From an uncultured delta proteobacterium (GTDB taxonomy: Bacteria; Desulfobacterota; RBG-13-43-22), in contig CAWDKY010000017.1 of NCBI GenBank assembly GCA_963802945.1, positions 224,001 to 288,000 on the forward strand: a stretch of 64,000 nt of DNA, in the 5' to 3' direction. Below the pieces are notes generated by a model. It was not told the DNA's origin. It saw nothing but the letters and a program-made list of their open reading frames with translations, and did not search any database. The position numbers were made by a program, and so were the translations under genes. Every line of letters starts with the position of its first letter. Position 1 is the stretch's first letter. Shown here one piece after another: positions 20,505 to 31,082 of the stretch.

Positions 20505-20660
20505 TGAATTAAAGATAACTCCAGGTGAGAAGAGATTAATCCCAATAGAGACCGGTTGGCATGCGGGATATACCTTCTGAAGAAAGCCTTAAATCGGTCT
20601 TTTCGTCGAATCCCATTCGTTAATAGGGGAAATAAATTCTCTTTTCAGGGGGGAAAAGGC

Positions 20661-21797
20661 ATGTCCGACCTAAAGGAAAAAGGATATACAAAACCGTTCG
20701 AACGTAGAAATATTCCCACCAACGATTCCGAAGAAGCCCTCCACTTTTGCCGACTGCTTCAAAGAATGTTAAATGGCAACGATGAGTTGTCGGATAATGA
20801 CCAGATTACCAGTCAGTTGGGTCAAGGCCCCCTTCCTGGAGAATCAAGGCATTCAGTTTCCCCAGAAATTTCTATTGTGATTCCCGTTTTTAACGAAGAG
20901 GGCAATCTCTCACTCCTTTACGAACGGCTTATCTCTGTTTTAGTGAAGATTCAACTCCTTTATGAAATTATCTTCGTTGTTGATGGCAGTCGCGATTCAA
21001 GTCTTCAAGTGCTTTGTCGCCTGGCAGATGAGAATCCTCGGTTAGTTGTTATAGAGTTGGCTCGCAACTTCGGACACCAGATTGCCATAAGTGCCGGACT
21101 GGATTATGCCCGTGGCCAAGGAGTTGTGGTGATGGATGCCGATTTGCAGGATCCTCCGGAATTTTTGCCGGATCTGGTAACAAAATGGAAGGAGGGTTAC
21201 GAAGTGGTCTATGCCGTTCGGGTCAAACGCAAAGAGAATATCATTAAACGAACGGCCTATAATCTTTTTTACCGTCTTTTGAATCGGGCCTCCAACATAC
21301 AGATCCCCCGGGATGCCGGAGATTTCTGTATTATGGATCGACGGGTAGTGGACATCCTAACCGCTATGCCGGAGCGGAACCGTTTTATCCGGGGCATCAG
21401 GAGTTGGGTGGGGTTCAAACAGGTAGGATTGAATTGCGAACGGCACACCCGTCACAGTGGAAAGCCGGGTTATTCTTTGTCGCGACTAATTTACCTGGCC
21501 CTGGATGGTTTGGTCTCTTTTAGTTATCTGCCGCTAAGGATTATTTCCATTTTAGGTTGGTGTGTGTCAATTTTGTCCATCCTTCTTTCTATTTTATATA
21601 TCATTAAGAAAATTTTTTTCGGCCTTAATCCTCCAGGTTTTGCTACCTTGGTCGTAGCCGTTTTTTTTCTGTCCGGCATCCAATTGATCACCATCGGGGT
21701 GATTGGTGAATATGTGGGGCGCATATCCGAGGAGGTTAAACAACGTCCCCTTTATGTGGTGAGACAGGTCATCGATAAGACCAAAAAGGATTTTTGA
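20661..21797 (+). CDS. GT2 polyprenyl-phosphate glycosyltransferase (GtrB/ArnC-like)
   Basis: IVIPVFNEE, DGSRD, RNFGHQ, MDADLQDPP; two C-terminal TM helices. Confidence 0.92.
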   Translation: MSDLKEKGYTKPFERRNIPTNDSEEALHFCRLLQRMLNGNDELSDNDQITSQLGQGPLPGESRHSVSPEISIVIPVFNEEGNLSLLYERLISVLVKIQLLYEIIFVVDGSRDSSLQVLCRLADENPRLVVIELARNFGHQIAISAGLDYARGQGVVVMDADLQDPPEFLPDLVTKWKEGYEVVYAVRVKRKENIIKRTAYNLFYRLLNRASNIQIPRDAGDFCIMDRRVVDILTAMPERNRFIRGIRSWVGFKQVGLNCERHTRHSGKPGYSLSRLIYLALDGLVSFSYLPLRIISILGWCVSILSILLSILYIIKKIFFGLNPPGFATLVVAVFFLSGIQLITIGVIGEYVGRISEEVKQRPLYVVRQVIDKTKKDF

Positions 21798-21798
21798 T

Positions 21799-22947
21799 TT
21801 GCGCATCTTAATGCTGAATAATGAATTTCCACCTTTAGGCGGGGGCACGGGGACAGTCAATCAAGCTATTCTACAACGATTGATCGGAAAGTCAGAGATT
21901 GAGGTTGACCTGATCACCTCAGCGTTGGGAAAAAGGCAGGAAGAGGAATTTCTTAGCGATAACATTCGAATAAATAAGGTGCCGGTCAACAACCGCAATA
22001 TTCATCATTCTTCAAATAAAGAATTATTCACTTACTTCATTCGTACACTGCCATTTGCCTTAAGGCGCCACCGGAATTACCCTTATGACCTGTGCTTCGC
22101 CTGGAGCGCTGTTCCGGCAGGTGCTATTGCCCTGGTTTTACGTTTCCTGACCGGTTTAAAATATTTAGTGCGTGTCTGTGGTCCGGACATTCCCGGGTTT
22201 GAGAGACGATATAAAATGGCGTACTTTCCTCTTAAACCGATCATTAGGGCAGTCTGGGATAACGCTGAGTTGGTTGTAGCCAAATGCGATGGTGAAGCTG
22301 AATTGATTCATTCTGTGGATAAACGGGTTACCACTATTCTTATACCAAACGGTGTAGACTCAGAGGCCTTTAAACCGGAGAATCCCATTTCCAATGAGGG
22401 GACGTTACGTTTACTTTGTGTGGGCCGTCTCATTGAACGCAAGGGACAACATCATCTGATCGAAGCGATAAAGCGGTTGGTCGATGAAGGGTTGGATGTG
22501 AACCTTGAGCTGGTAGGTACCGGTGACGCAGAGGCAGCCGACAAGGCTTTGGCACAGCGATTAGGGGTGGCTTTTCGCATTCATTTCACAGGGTATGTAC
22601 CGAGGGAGCAAATTCTTCAACACTACACTGCAGCCCACGTTTTTGTACTGGCCTCCTATAACGAAGGAATGAGTGTAGCGACGTTGGAGGCCATGGCGAC
22701 CGGGCTTCCTGTCGTTATCACCTCTACCGGCGGAACGGCTGAACTGGTTGAAGAAGGAATTAACGGCTTGACTTTTAACTGGGCAGACCTGGATACCCTC
22801 ACAGCCCATCTACGACGTCTTGCGAGCGACCGTTCTTTGGTGCGGCAAATGGGTGCCGCCGCTCGCCGGAAGGCAGAACAGTTTTCATGGGAGACGGTGG
22901 CCGAACGGTATCAGGAGATGTTTATGAAAATAGGAAATCAGACATGA
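21799..22947 (+). CDS. GT4 glycosyltransferase
   Basis: EFPPLGGG, IPNGVD, RKG, EGMSVATLEAMA. Confidence 0.93.
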   Translation: MRILMLNNEFPPLGGGTGTVNQAILQRLIGKSEIEVDLITSALGKRQEEEFLSDNIRINKVPVNNRNIHHSSNKELFTYFIRTLPFALRRHRNYPYDLCFAWSAVPAGAIALVLRFLTGLKYLVRVCGPDIPGFERRYKMAYFPLKPIIRAVWDNAELVVAKCDGEAELIHSVDKRVTTILIPNGVDSEAFKPENPISNEGTLRLLCVGRLIERKGQHHLIEAIKRLVDEGLDVNLELVGTGDAEAADKALAQRLGVAFRIHFTGYVPREQILQHYTAAHVFVLASYNEGMSVATLEAMATGLPVVITSTGGTAELVEEGINGLTFNWADLDTLTAHLRRLASDRSLVRQMGAAARRKAEQFSWETVAERYQEMFMKIGNQT

Positions 22948-23663
22948 AAGAAATGGAGGCAGTCGAATACGATAGAGCTTGGGAAACCAGAGATGATATG
23001 AAAATCTATGGCCCCTTTTCTCGAACCCTTAGACATATCATTGTCAATCTCATCCGCCCATTGGCCTTTGACTCAGTCCTTGATGTCGGTTGTGGGCAGG
23101 GATCTTTTTTGAAATTGCTTAGTTCTGATTTTCCGGAAATCCAAGTTTCCGGAACGGATTTTTCCATGAAGGCCATTGAAATGGCTCGCCTGCGGGTACC
23201 GAATGGCCGATTTCAATTGCTCAATCTGTCGAAGGAACACTTGGATGAAACCTTTGACCTGGTGGTTTGTAGTGAAGTTTTAGAACATATTATTGATGAT
23301 AAGGTGGCTATTCAGAACTTGGTCTCTATGACGGATAAGTATCTTGTCGTTTCTGCGCCGCAGGGTCGTATGCGACCATTTGAGATCGCCGTCGGGCATG
23401 TGCGGAATTATGCGTCTGGCGAATTGGTACGAAAGCTTAAACAAGAGGGTTTATCTATCATCCGGGTAATCGAATGGGGCTTTCCCTTTTATTCGCCGCT
23501 TTACCGCGATCTTTTGAATGGCCTGGGGGGTAAAGGCACCACCGGGGAGATAGGACCGCTTCGTAAATTGATTTCTCTGGGAATTTATGGCTTGTTTAAG
23601 CTTTGTTCTTCCAAACATGGAGATGAAATTGTCATACTGGCTGAGCCGACCCGGGTCAGGTGA
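22944..23663 (+). CDS. Class I SAM-dependent methyltransferase
   Basis: VLDVGCGQG, FDLVVCSEVLEH. Confidence 0.9.
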   Translation: MKEMEAVEYDRAWETRDDMKIYGPFSRTLRHIIVNLIRPLAFDSVLDVGCGQGSFLKLLSSDFPEIQVSGTDFSMKAIEMARLRVPNGRFQLLNLSKEHLDETFDLVVCSEVLEHIIDDKVAIQNLVSMTDKYLVVSAPQGRMRPFEIAVGHVRNYASGELVRKLKQEGLSIIRVIEWGFPFYSPLYRDLLNGLGGKGTTGEIGPLRKLISLGIYGLFKLCSSKHGDEIVILAEPTRVR

Positions 23664-23744
23664 ATCGGCTTTGGGTAAAGGTCCAGTGACTGAAATCGAG
23701 AAGCAAGGGAAGATGGTTTTAAAAATTAAACGATCCTGGTGTTG

Positions 23745-24525
23745 ATGAATCTAAGAAGGTTTTTATCCGCAGATTCTACCTTAGGGAAGATCCTGGTCAC
23801 TATGAAGTCATTCGTCGACCTTCTTGTTTTATGTTTCCAAAATCTTTCAAAGGATCTGTTAAATTTGCCGGCCTGATTATGAAAGTCAAACCTAAATTTA
23901 CCATAATAAAAAACAGAAACCTCATTAATCTTTATAGACTGATCCAAGAAGTTAATCGGAGCGATTTACCGGGAGATATAGTGGAGTGTGGCGTCTGGAA
24001 TAGGGGTCGGCCGCGATAATGGGTGTTGCTAATTTTCAGGGGAAATATACAAAAGCAAGGACGTTATGGCTGTTTGATTCCTTTCAAGGGCTTCCATGTC
24101 CTTCTGAGGAAGATGGAGACCTAGAAAAAGGGGATTATTTTAAGGAATGGAATAAAGGTGACGTAGAAAAAGTGAAACAAGTTTTCATAAGATTTGGTCT
24201 TGCTATGCATAATGTTAGAATTATTCCCGGGTGGTTCGAATCGACTTTGAAGACCGCTTCCATAGAGTCCATTGCCGTCTTGCACATTGGCGCTGACTGG
24301 TATCGCTCTGTCAGGACGGTCTTGGAAGCATTTTATGAGAAGGTAGTGCCGGGAGGATTTATTATTCTTGATGACTACGGGTATTGGAAAGAATGGGCGC
24401 AAGCCTTAGAGGATTTTCTTTCCAAGAAGACCATTAAGGATGTTTTGATCAAATCGGTTGGTAAGGTGGGGGCTTTTTTTCAAAAATCTGTCCGGAACAG
24501 ACTCTCCGAAATTAGCCTGAGATGA
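23745..24525 (+). pseudogene. TylF/MycF-family sugar O-methyltransferase, frameshifted
   Basis: GDIVECGVWN, LFDSFQGLP, GWF..TL, LHIGADWY (conserved D changed to G), DDYG. Frameshifts near 23830 and 24005. Confidence 0.8.
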
Positions 24526-25487
24526 TTAATAAGCAGGGACATGCTTGGCTTCGATTGACTCAAGCCGTCGTTACCCTCGTTCTTTTGATATTTCTGGGGC
24601 GATCTATCAAGTGGCCAGACTTTTTTCAATTGATGACTCATGCCCATTGGAAACTCGTGCTGTTAAGCGTTGCCCTCTTGCTTATCTGCCATCTGATTAA
24701 TGTGTCACGATGGCAATATCTGATGCAGCAGAAATCCCTTCTCTACATGAAACTACTGGCATTTTATGGAATCGGTCTTTTTAGTAATAATTTTCTCCCC
24801 ACGGGGATCGGCGGCGATGGGGTACGCACCATTTTAACCAGCCGTTATGTTTCTTTACCGGAGGCCATCATCTTTGTTGGGTTGGATCGAATAATAGGCC
24901 TTACAACCCTAGGTGTGGTCTTGATCCTTGGCCTTTGTCTGGGGTTGCCGCCGGGGATGAAAATCGTAAAAGTCGGACTGCTTTATGAAACATGGCGGAC
25001 CTCTTTGAACATCTTTTTTATCATAGCTTTAGGGGGCCTTTTGAGTTTGATCGGGCTGGTTAGGATTCTAAAGTTCCGCAAATGGGTTTCAAGTTTCTTT
25101 ACCGGCCTCATCGATTCGGCAGTTTTTTCTCCGTGGAAGGAAAGAGGTTGGGTAAGGCGGTTGGGCGGTGCCGGAAGTTTTTCATTGGCCGCACATGCCA
25201 TTCATATTACTGCCTACTGGGTAATTTTGGAGGCCTTGAATATCCAGGTTCCCTTAAGTGCTTCGATATGGCTTGTTTTAGTTGGGTCTGCCATCATTCT
25301 GTTGCCAATTTCGATCAACGGCTTGGGATTGCAGGAGAGCGCTTATGTGGTAGTTTTGACCGCTTACGGAGTGGAAACGACTATGGCGATTGGTTTTGCC
25401 TTGACCGTCCGAATAGTATTGGTGATATTCAGTCTGGCCGGCGGTCTTTTTTTACTCGGAGGTAATCTGACCAGCAATAAAACTTAA
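24522..25487 (+). CDS. LPG-synthase TM region / UPF0104 (AglD2-like) putative flippase
   Basis: RW, NNFLPTGIGGDGVR, DR, LPISINGLGLQE. Confidence 0.88.
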   Translation: MINKQGHAWLRLTQAVVTLVLLIFLGRSIKWPDFFQLMTHAHWKLVLLSVALLLICHLINVSRWQYLMQQKSLLYMKLLAFYGIGLFSNNFLPTGIGGDGVRTILTSRYVSLPEAIIFVGLDRIIGLTTLGVVLILGLCLGLPPGMKIVKVGLLYETWRTSLNIFFIIALGGLLSLIGLVRILKFRKWVSSFFTGLIDSAVFSPWKERGWVRRLGGAGSFSLAAHAIHITAYWVILEALNIQVPLSASIWLVLVGSAIILLPISINGLGLQESAYVVVLTAYGVETTMAIGFALTVRIVLVIFSLAGGLFLLGGNLTSNKT

Positions 25488-25627
25488 AAAGGGAAGCTCA
25501 TTTAAAACAAAAATAGGGTTTCAGGATTCGAGGATTCAAGCCTCGTAAAAGGCGGGATTGAAAAATTGAATCCTTGAATCATTCGATCATCGCCGACTCA
25601 TTTGGAGATGATCGATGAGGCTTTATT

Positions 25628-27172
25628 TTGAAAACACAATTCATTTTCCGTTTTTTGCTCGTCGGTTTCATTTTCTTAGGATTATGTGCCGTTGAAACCT
25701 TCAAGCTCGAGAGCAGCCCCCATCTTGAGTGGGATGAGGGCTGGACGGCCCTGGTGGCCCGTAACTGGGTTGAAAAAGGGCATTATGGCTTATGGTTGAT
25801 GGGAAAGCCGGCTCCACCGGCCCTTAATGCCTCCTTTCCTACCAGCAGTCTGGTGGCCCTTAGTTTTAAATGGCTGGGCGTCGGGATTTGGCAGGGGCGC
25901 TTGGTCGGTGTAGTATCTATCATCGGAAGTTTCATCCTGCTCTTTTTGTTAGTCCGCCGGCTTTTTAACCAAAAAACGGCTTGGTTGACCTTGGCGATCC
26001 TGTGCCTATCCCCCTTGCCTTATAAATTTCATCCCCTGGGAATTGGACGACAGATCTTGGCAGAACCGCAGATGCTTTTTTTTATACTGGCCGGGTATCT
26101 TTGCTTTCTATCCGCCCAGGCCAAACCCAGCTTTTATATGCCTTTAACCGTCCTGTTTTGGGGAACGGCCCTGATAACCAAAGCACAGGTCCTGCCTTTT
26201 TGGATAATCGCCTTGTTTATTCCCATGGTAATGAATCTTTATAAACGTCAATGGAAATCGGCCTGGCTTCTTGGAATAGCCCTCTTCGGGTCTTTAACCT
26301 TTTCTTACCTCCTGCTATGGTTTCAAAAACTCCTTTTGCAAGGTCAAACTCTTCCACGTGTTCCGGTCGAGAATCTTTATTGGATTGTCGCTTTTGTGTT
26401 TCAATGGCATATTCGCCTTGAGGCATTAAGCGACTGCTTGTGGTATGGCTGGCCGACCCTGTTGGGGTTAGGATATGGGGGCTGGAAATGGTATAAAAAA
26501 TTTAACCATAGCAATACTGATCCTGAAAAACACATGGTCCAACTTTCTCTACTTTTATTTGTCATAGGGTGGATCTCCTGGTTTGTATTGCTCTCCATCG
26601 GTTATCTTCGATATTTACTTCCGCCGGTCTTTATCGGAAGTATATTTGAAGCTGGATTATTGGGGGATTTGATGGGACGCGTCCGACTTGGATTATCGGC
26701 TGATCGGATAAGGGCGGTGATACGTTCTGTCCCTCTTAAAAGAAAGGTGATCTTTATCTTAGTAATGGTTGTTGGAGCTGCCGGTACCGCCTTCAATATT
26801 TCTATTCCCGATAGACTCCATCGATTCCTTTTCGACTCGGGAGATATTCCGCTTTTCCAAGCTGCCAACTTCCTTAACAACCATACCTCCTCTAAGGCCC
26901 TGATCGAAAGTTTTGATTCTCAAATACTTTTTCTTTTGGATCGTCCCATCCATTATCCACCCCCACACATTAATGGGGAGGTCACCAAACGCGTTTTCTT
27001 AAGACTTCCCTTAACCGTTGACTATGATCCACTCCTGACGACCGACCTGGATTATTTAGTCGTGGGCCCATATGGTCGATTATGGAAGCTTTACGACCCT
27101 ATTCTGAGGGAGAATCAATTTCATTTACTGCATACCTTTGGACTCTATGATATCTATGAACGCCGGCGCTGA
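25628..27172 (+). CDS. GT-C glycosyltransferase (ArnT/PMT-like)
   Basis: WDEGW first loop, GR, LAEP, LITK, RYLLP; soluble C-terminal domain. Confidence 0.82.
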   Translation: MKTQFIFRFLLVGFIFLGLCAVETFKLESSPHLEWDEGWTALVARNWVEKGHYGLWLMGKPAPPALNASFPTSSLVALSFKWLGVGIWQGRLVGVVSIIGSFILLFLLVRRLFNQKTAWLTLAILCLSPLPYKFHPLGIGRQILAEPQMLFFILAGYLCFLSAQAKPSFYMPLTVLFWGTALITKAQVLPFWIIALFIPMVMNLYKRQWKSAWLLGIALFGSLTFSYLLLWFQKLLLQGQTLPRVPVENLYWIVAFVFQWHIRLEALSDCLWYGWPTLLGLGYGGWKWYKKFNHSNTDPEKHMVQLSLLLFVIGWISWFVLLSIGYLRYLLPPVFIGSIFEAGLLGDLMGRVRLGLSADRIRAVIRSVPLKRKVIFILVMVVGAAGTAFNISIPDRLHRFLFDSGDIPLFQAANFLNNHTSSKALIESFDSQILFLLDRPIHYPPPHINGEVTKRVFLRLPLTVDYDPLLTTDLDYLVVGPYGRLWKLYDPILRENQFHLLHTFGLYDIYERRR

Positions 27173-27208
27173 GGGACCCTTATCTGGATACTTTGGGGGG
27201 AAAAAGCC

Positions 27209-28012
27209 GTGGATGAGTTGCTTATGATAGATGACCCTTATCATGACCCGATGGGTGAACCTGCTCGGCGAGCAAATTACGAATATCGCCTTGCCCTGGA
27301 TTGCATTTTGCCGTTTCTAAGTCGTTGGAGAGTTGATGTAAGAGGTTTGAAAGTGCTGGATATCGGTTGTGGAAGTGGGGGACTGTCTGTGGCGCTAACC
27401 GAATTGGGCGCTTGCTGTTTGGGGATTGATTATAATACCCAGCGTATCGTAGAAGCTAGGAAAATTGCTACTCAGCATCAGGTTGACGTCCGTTTCTTGG
27501 AAACGGATATTCTGAAGCTGGATGGTTGTGACGAACAATTCGACCTGATCATCTTATCTGAAATTGTAGAACATCTGGTTACCCTGTTAAACGTAGAAGC
27601 ACTGTTAAGTTGGTGCCGGGAACGGCTGGTATCAAGTGGGCGTATCTATGTTTCCTTCCCGCCTTGGTTTAGCCCTTTTGGGGGTCATCAGGCGGGGTGG
27701 CCTGGTATGTGCTATATACCCTGGTATCATCTTCTACCGGACAGAGTCAAGCGGTGGCTTGTGCCCCAACAGGCCTCTAAATACCTCGAGTATGCACAAG
27801 AACTGGATCACCTGACCATCAACGCCTTTGAGAAAGCTGTTGATCGTTCCAGGTTAAAAATTATTCGTCGTCAATTGTTCCATCTCCGACCAGAGTACTA
27901 TTGGCGCTACCGTGTGCCTGCGATACGAGCGGTGCCTTTGATTTCCGACATCCCGGTTGTGAGAGAATTCCTGATAACAGGGGCCTTCTATCTTTTGGCC
28001 TGGCGCATATAA
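27209..28012 (+). CDS. Class I SAM-dependent methyltransferase (UbiG-like)
   Basis: VLDIGCGSGG, FDLIILSEIVEH, FPPW.SPFGGH. Confidence 0.9.
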   Translation: MDELLMIDDPYHDPMGEPARRANYEYRLALDCILPFLSRWRVDVRGLKVLDIGCGSGGLSVALTELGACCLGIDYNTQRIVEARKIATQHQVDVRFLETDILKLDGCDEQFDLIILSEIVEHLVTLLNVEALLSWCRERLVSSGRIYVSFPPWFSPFGGHQAGWPGMCYIPWYHLLPDRVKRWLVPQQASKYLEYAQELDHLTINAFEKAVDRSRLKIIRRQLFHLRPEYYWRYRVPAIRAVPLISDIPVVREFLITGAFYLLAWRI

Positions 28013-28077
28013 GGAAAACTTGCAAAATTTGACTGGGTGATTTAAAAGCGTAAGGCATTCCTGCCTACAGGAAAAAC

Positions 28078-28887
28078 ATGCAATCCAAGGCGGCTCGAAT
28101 AGTAATGATCGTTTTGGCTTTGCTCTATCTTGTCCTTTCGAGGCACTAAGCGACTACCTGTGGTACGGCTGGCCGACCCTGTTGGGGTTAGGATATGGGG
28201 GCTGGAAATGGTATAAAAAATTTAACCATAGCAATACTGATCCTGAAAAACACATGGTCCAACTTCCCTACTTTTATTTGTCATAGGATGAATCTCCTGG
28301 TTTGTATTGCTCGCCATCAGCGATCGGCGATATTTACTTCCTCCGGTTTTTATGGGAAGTCTTTTTGTAGCCGACTTGCCGATGGATTTGATTGAAAATT
28401 TGTATCTCCGATTTTCTGGTAATCAGACATGAGTAATCGTAGATTATTTTTCTATTAAAGAAATTGTTGCTTGGTTTATTAATATTTATTGGAACTACCT
28501 TGATCTTCTTCAATGTTTCTTTTCCCAATAGACTCCATCATTTCCTTTTTGTCTCTGGAGATATCCCTCTTTTCCAGGCCGCCAGATTCCTTAATAAACA
28601 CACCTCTCCTGAAACCTTGATCGAAAGTTACGAATCCCAGCTCCTTTTCCTTTTGGATCGTCCCTACCCATTGCCCGCCTTCACAGGTTCCTGTGGAAGC
28701 CTCTAAGAGGGTTTTCCTAAGGATTTCCATTGCCGTCGACTATGATCCACTCTTGGCCGACCCGGATTATTTAGTCGTAAGCTCATATGGTCGATTATGG
28801 AGTCTTTATGAACCGCTACTGGCAACAAATCAATTTCGCTTATTGCATACCTTCGGGACCTATGATATCTATAAACCTCGGCGCTGA
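28078..28887 (+). pseudogene. Internally deleted, frameshifted paralogue of the GT-C gene at 25628
   Basis: 28140-28360 is near-identical to 26420-26640, and ~28525-28887 is similar to ~26810-27172. Confidence 0.9.
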
Positions 28888-29086
28888 AGAGTATTTTCTG
28901 GAGACTTTAAAGTAATTAAGTTATGAGAAAAGAAGTCATGAGCTCCAATATAAGTCTTCCTACTGTCATATCCATGTTTAAGCATCTCTTACAACCAAGT
29001 GTGCCTAGGCGAATTTCTAAAAATATTTTGTGGATGGAATGGGAAGAACAGGCAAGTAAATAAGCCGCTGGCAGGCTTTTACGCCG

Positions 29087-29371
29087 GTGCCCCTGGCCTA
29101 CTTCTTAACCGAAGTAAATAGCAGACTTTCTGACTGGGGATATCAGAAGCACTTAAGGTCCCACGAAAATTGCCTCACCAACCCTAATTTGACGATGTCC
29201 ACCTACAAGTCCTCAAATTTTAATCTGAAGGTGGCTGAAGATTACCAGCCGAAAGGATGCGTGATAAGGTAATAGGCTATGCCTGGTAGCCTCTGAGAAC
29301 CGCCTGGTGCGGATACCCGCATGGCAGGTGGTGTGTGAGGAGGGGGAGAGAAATATTCCTCCTTACCCGAT
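29087..29371 (+). mobile_element. 3' remnant of a group IIC intron (maturase trace plus domains V and VI)
   Basis: gaaccgcctggtgcggatacccgcatggcaggtggtgt has a domain V form with a CGC triad. A domain VI hairpin ggggagag-aaat-attcctcc follows and ends acccgat. Upstream LTEVNSRLSDWG resembles the maturase LN..LRGW motif. Confidence 0.8.
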
Positions 29372-29383
29372 TAGATGGCGTGC

Positions 29384-30583
29384 CTATCGTGATTTACTTG
29401 CATGTGCCGTCTGTGCAATCCATCCATAAAGAGATTGAGCCAGAATTATGTTCCCGGTATCGTTGAAATGGGAATCATGAGCCCATCGTGTCGAGACTCC
29501 ATTCCTGTTTGCCTTTAAAAGCTCCTCATATAACGGAATGTACCCAAAGCCATGTTCAGCACAAAGCTCATTCAAAGTCCTAGATACAATCTCACCATCT
29601 CCAAAATATTGTGATGCGTCCACAACAACCAATCTGCCGCCCGCATCATGAACTTTTCGCCCTAATTCTTCTATAATCTTCAGGTTAACCGCAAATAATA
29701 TGCCATCTTCATCTGCGTTGTTACTAGGCGGAATCGCATTCTGGTTTGAGGTTTGGTTAAAATGCTGTACCAACCTTTCAAAAAGGGCTTTCCCGTAATA
29801 CAAGGTGAGTAGTCGCATTTTTTTTCTGCGAATTCTCTTACCAGCAAATTCACCCTTTATCAAACCTTCTTGGGTCTTGACAAATCTCTGGTAATCTTTA
29901 GCAGATTTTCGTATCAATAGGCCATTTTCAAGGCCGAAAGTTGGTCTTATCCATAATTTCTCCTTTGCGGTAGAAGTGAATGCTCCGTATCCATACTTGT
30001 CGATCGTTCTTTCCATGTGAAATTTAGCGACAAATATTGCGACATAATCTGGATGATATCTCCTCGTATATTGCTCCCATGTCAGTAAATACTGTCCAAC
30101 TCCATAGTTGGAGATTCCAAAGTTGAGCACTTCCCATCTTTGGAAGCGTTCCGGACTCCTGTCGAGTGCGGTATTTAATCTCCGTTCCAAAAGCTGCGCG
30201 GCAGTCTTTGCAAAAGGGACTTGAATGGCCTCGATAAATGAATCTCCCAGAAGGGCCAAACGTGTTACTCCGGGGGGCTTTGAAAATTCTCTTGCAATGT
30301 CTCTGAATCCAAGAGGATTGGTTTTGACCTCAACACTGAAGTCAGCGGCAAACCAAGAATGACCCGCCCAAGTCCAACGGAGATTGGGAACCTGTTTCCA
30401 TCCTACAGCCTCGTCGGGCTGTAAGAAGAGTACGTCATAGGAGGGACGCATCAAAGCCATCACTTGTCCTGCCGCCTCGATCAAGAGCAAGAGGCCCAGA
30501 AAGACCATAATGTTCACTCCTACGATTGTTAGGGTTTTTGCTTTCAATGAAGAAAAAACTCCTCTTTTATCTCGTTTATCCAT
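29384..30583 (-). CDS. Membrane-anchored SGNH/GDSL-fold protein (AlgX/AlgJ/SxtL-like)
   Basis: N-terminal TM; N..GFRD, LLGDSF, NFGISNYG, DSHFN..G. Confidence 0.85.
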   Translation of the reverse strand: MDKRDKRGVFSSLKAKTLTIVGVNIMVFLGLLLLIEAAGQVMALMRPSYDVLFLQPDEAVGWKQVPNLRWTWAGHSWFAADFSVEVKTNPLGFRDIAREFSKPPGVTRLALLGDSFIEAIQVPFAKTAAQLLERRLNTALDRSPERFQRWEVLNFGISNYGVGQYLLTWEQYTRRYHPDYVAIFVAKFHMERTIDKYGYGAFTSTAKEKLWIRPTFGLENGLLIRKSAKDYQRFVKTQEGLIKGEFAGKRIRRKKMRLLTLYYGKALFERLVQHFNQTSNQNAIPPSNNADEDGILFAVNLKIIEELGRKVHDAGGRLVVVDASQYFGDGEIVSRTLNELCAEHGFGYIPLYEELLKANRNGVSTRWAHDSHFNDTGNIILAQSLYGWIAQTAHASKSR

Positions 30584-30650
30584 CTGACGGAACCAGCATC
30601 AACGGGAGTGACTGCCTTTTGCCACAATCCGGAGCCCGGTCAGGTTATGT
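30580..30650 (-). other. Degenerate integron attC-like site upstream of the minus-strand SGNH gene
   Basis: The minus strand reads ACATAAC..imperfect hairpin..GTCAGATGG over ~70 bp. GTCAGATGG is complementary to CCATCTAA found just after the gene's stop. Confidence 0.5.
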
Positions 30651-31082
30651 AAAAACTTATTTATCATAAAGTCCGTACTTAGATTCTAAGCAACCAAATC
30701 TGAGAATTTATCTCTAACTTTCAAATCCAGAGGTTTCGGGGGATTTTATTTTTGGGGTTGTCCACCAATAAGCTTGGAGCTCCGATTGTCGGGCCAAATT
30801 TTGAGTTTAGTCCATTATAGAAACCCTTGCCCGATGGTCAAGGTCAGAGTTTAGTGGCTATGCCTTTTGAACGACTCATTTGTTGTAACCAAAGACAACG
30901 AAACCTAAATTTCAAATATCTTTGTCTAGTATTATACACTATTTTCAAGTTTATCCGGAATAAATAATGATACCTTTGAGTACCTACTTTTCTCCTTGAT
31001 CTTGCTCTTTTCTTGCTTTATACTATTTCCTTTGAAAATCAATTTCTTGTCAATATCAGTAGTTTTAATTGTTGTCAAGAAT

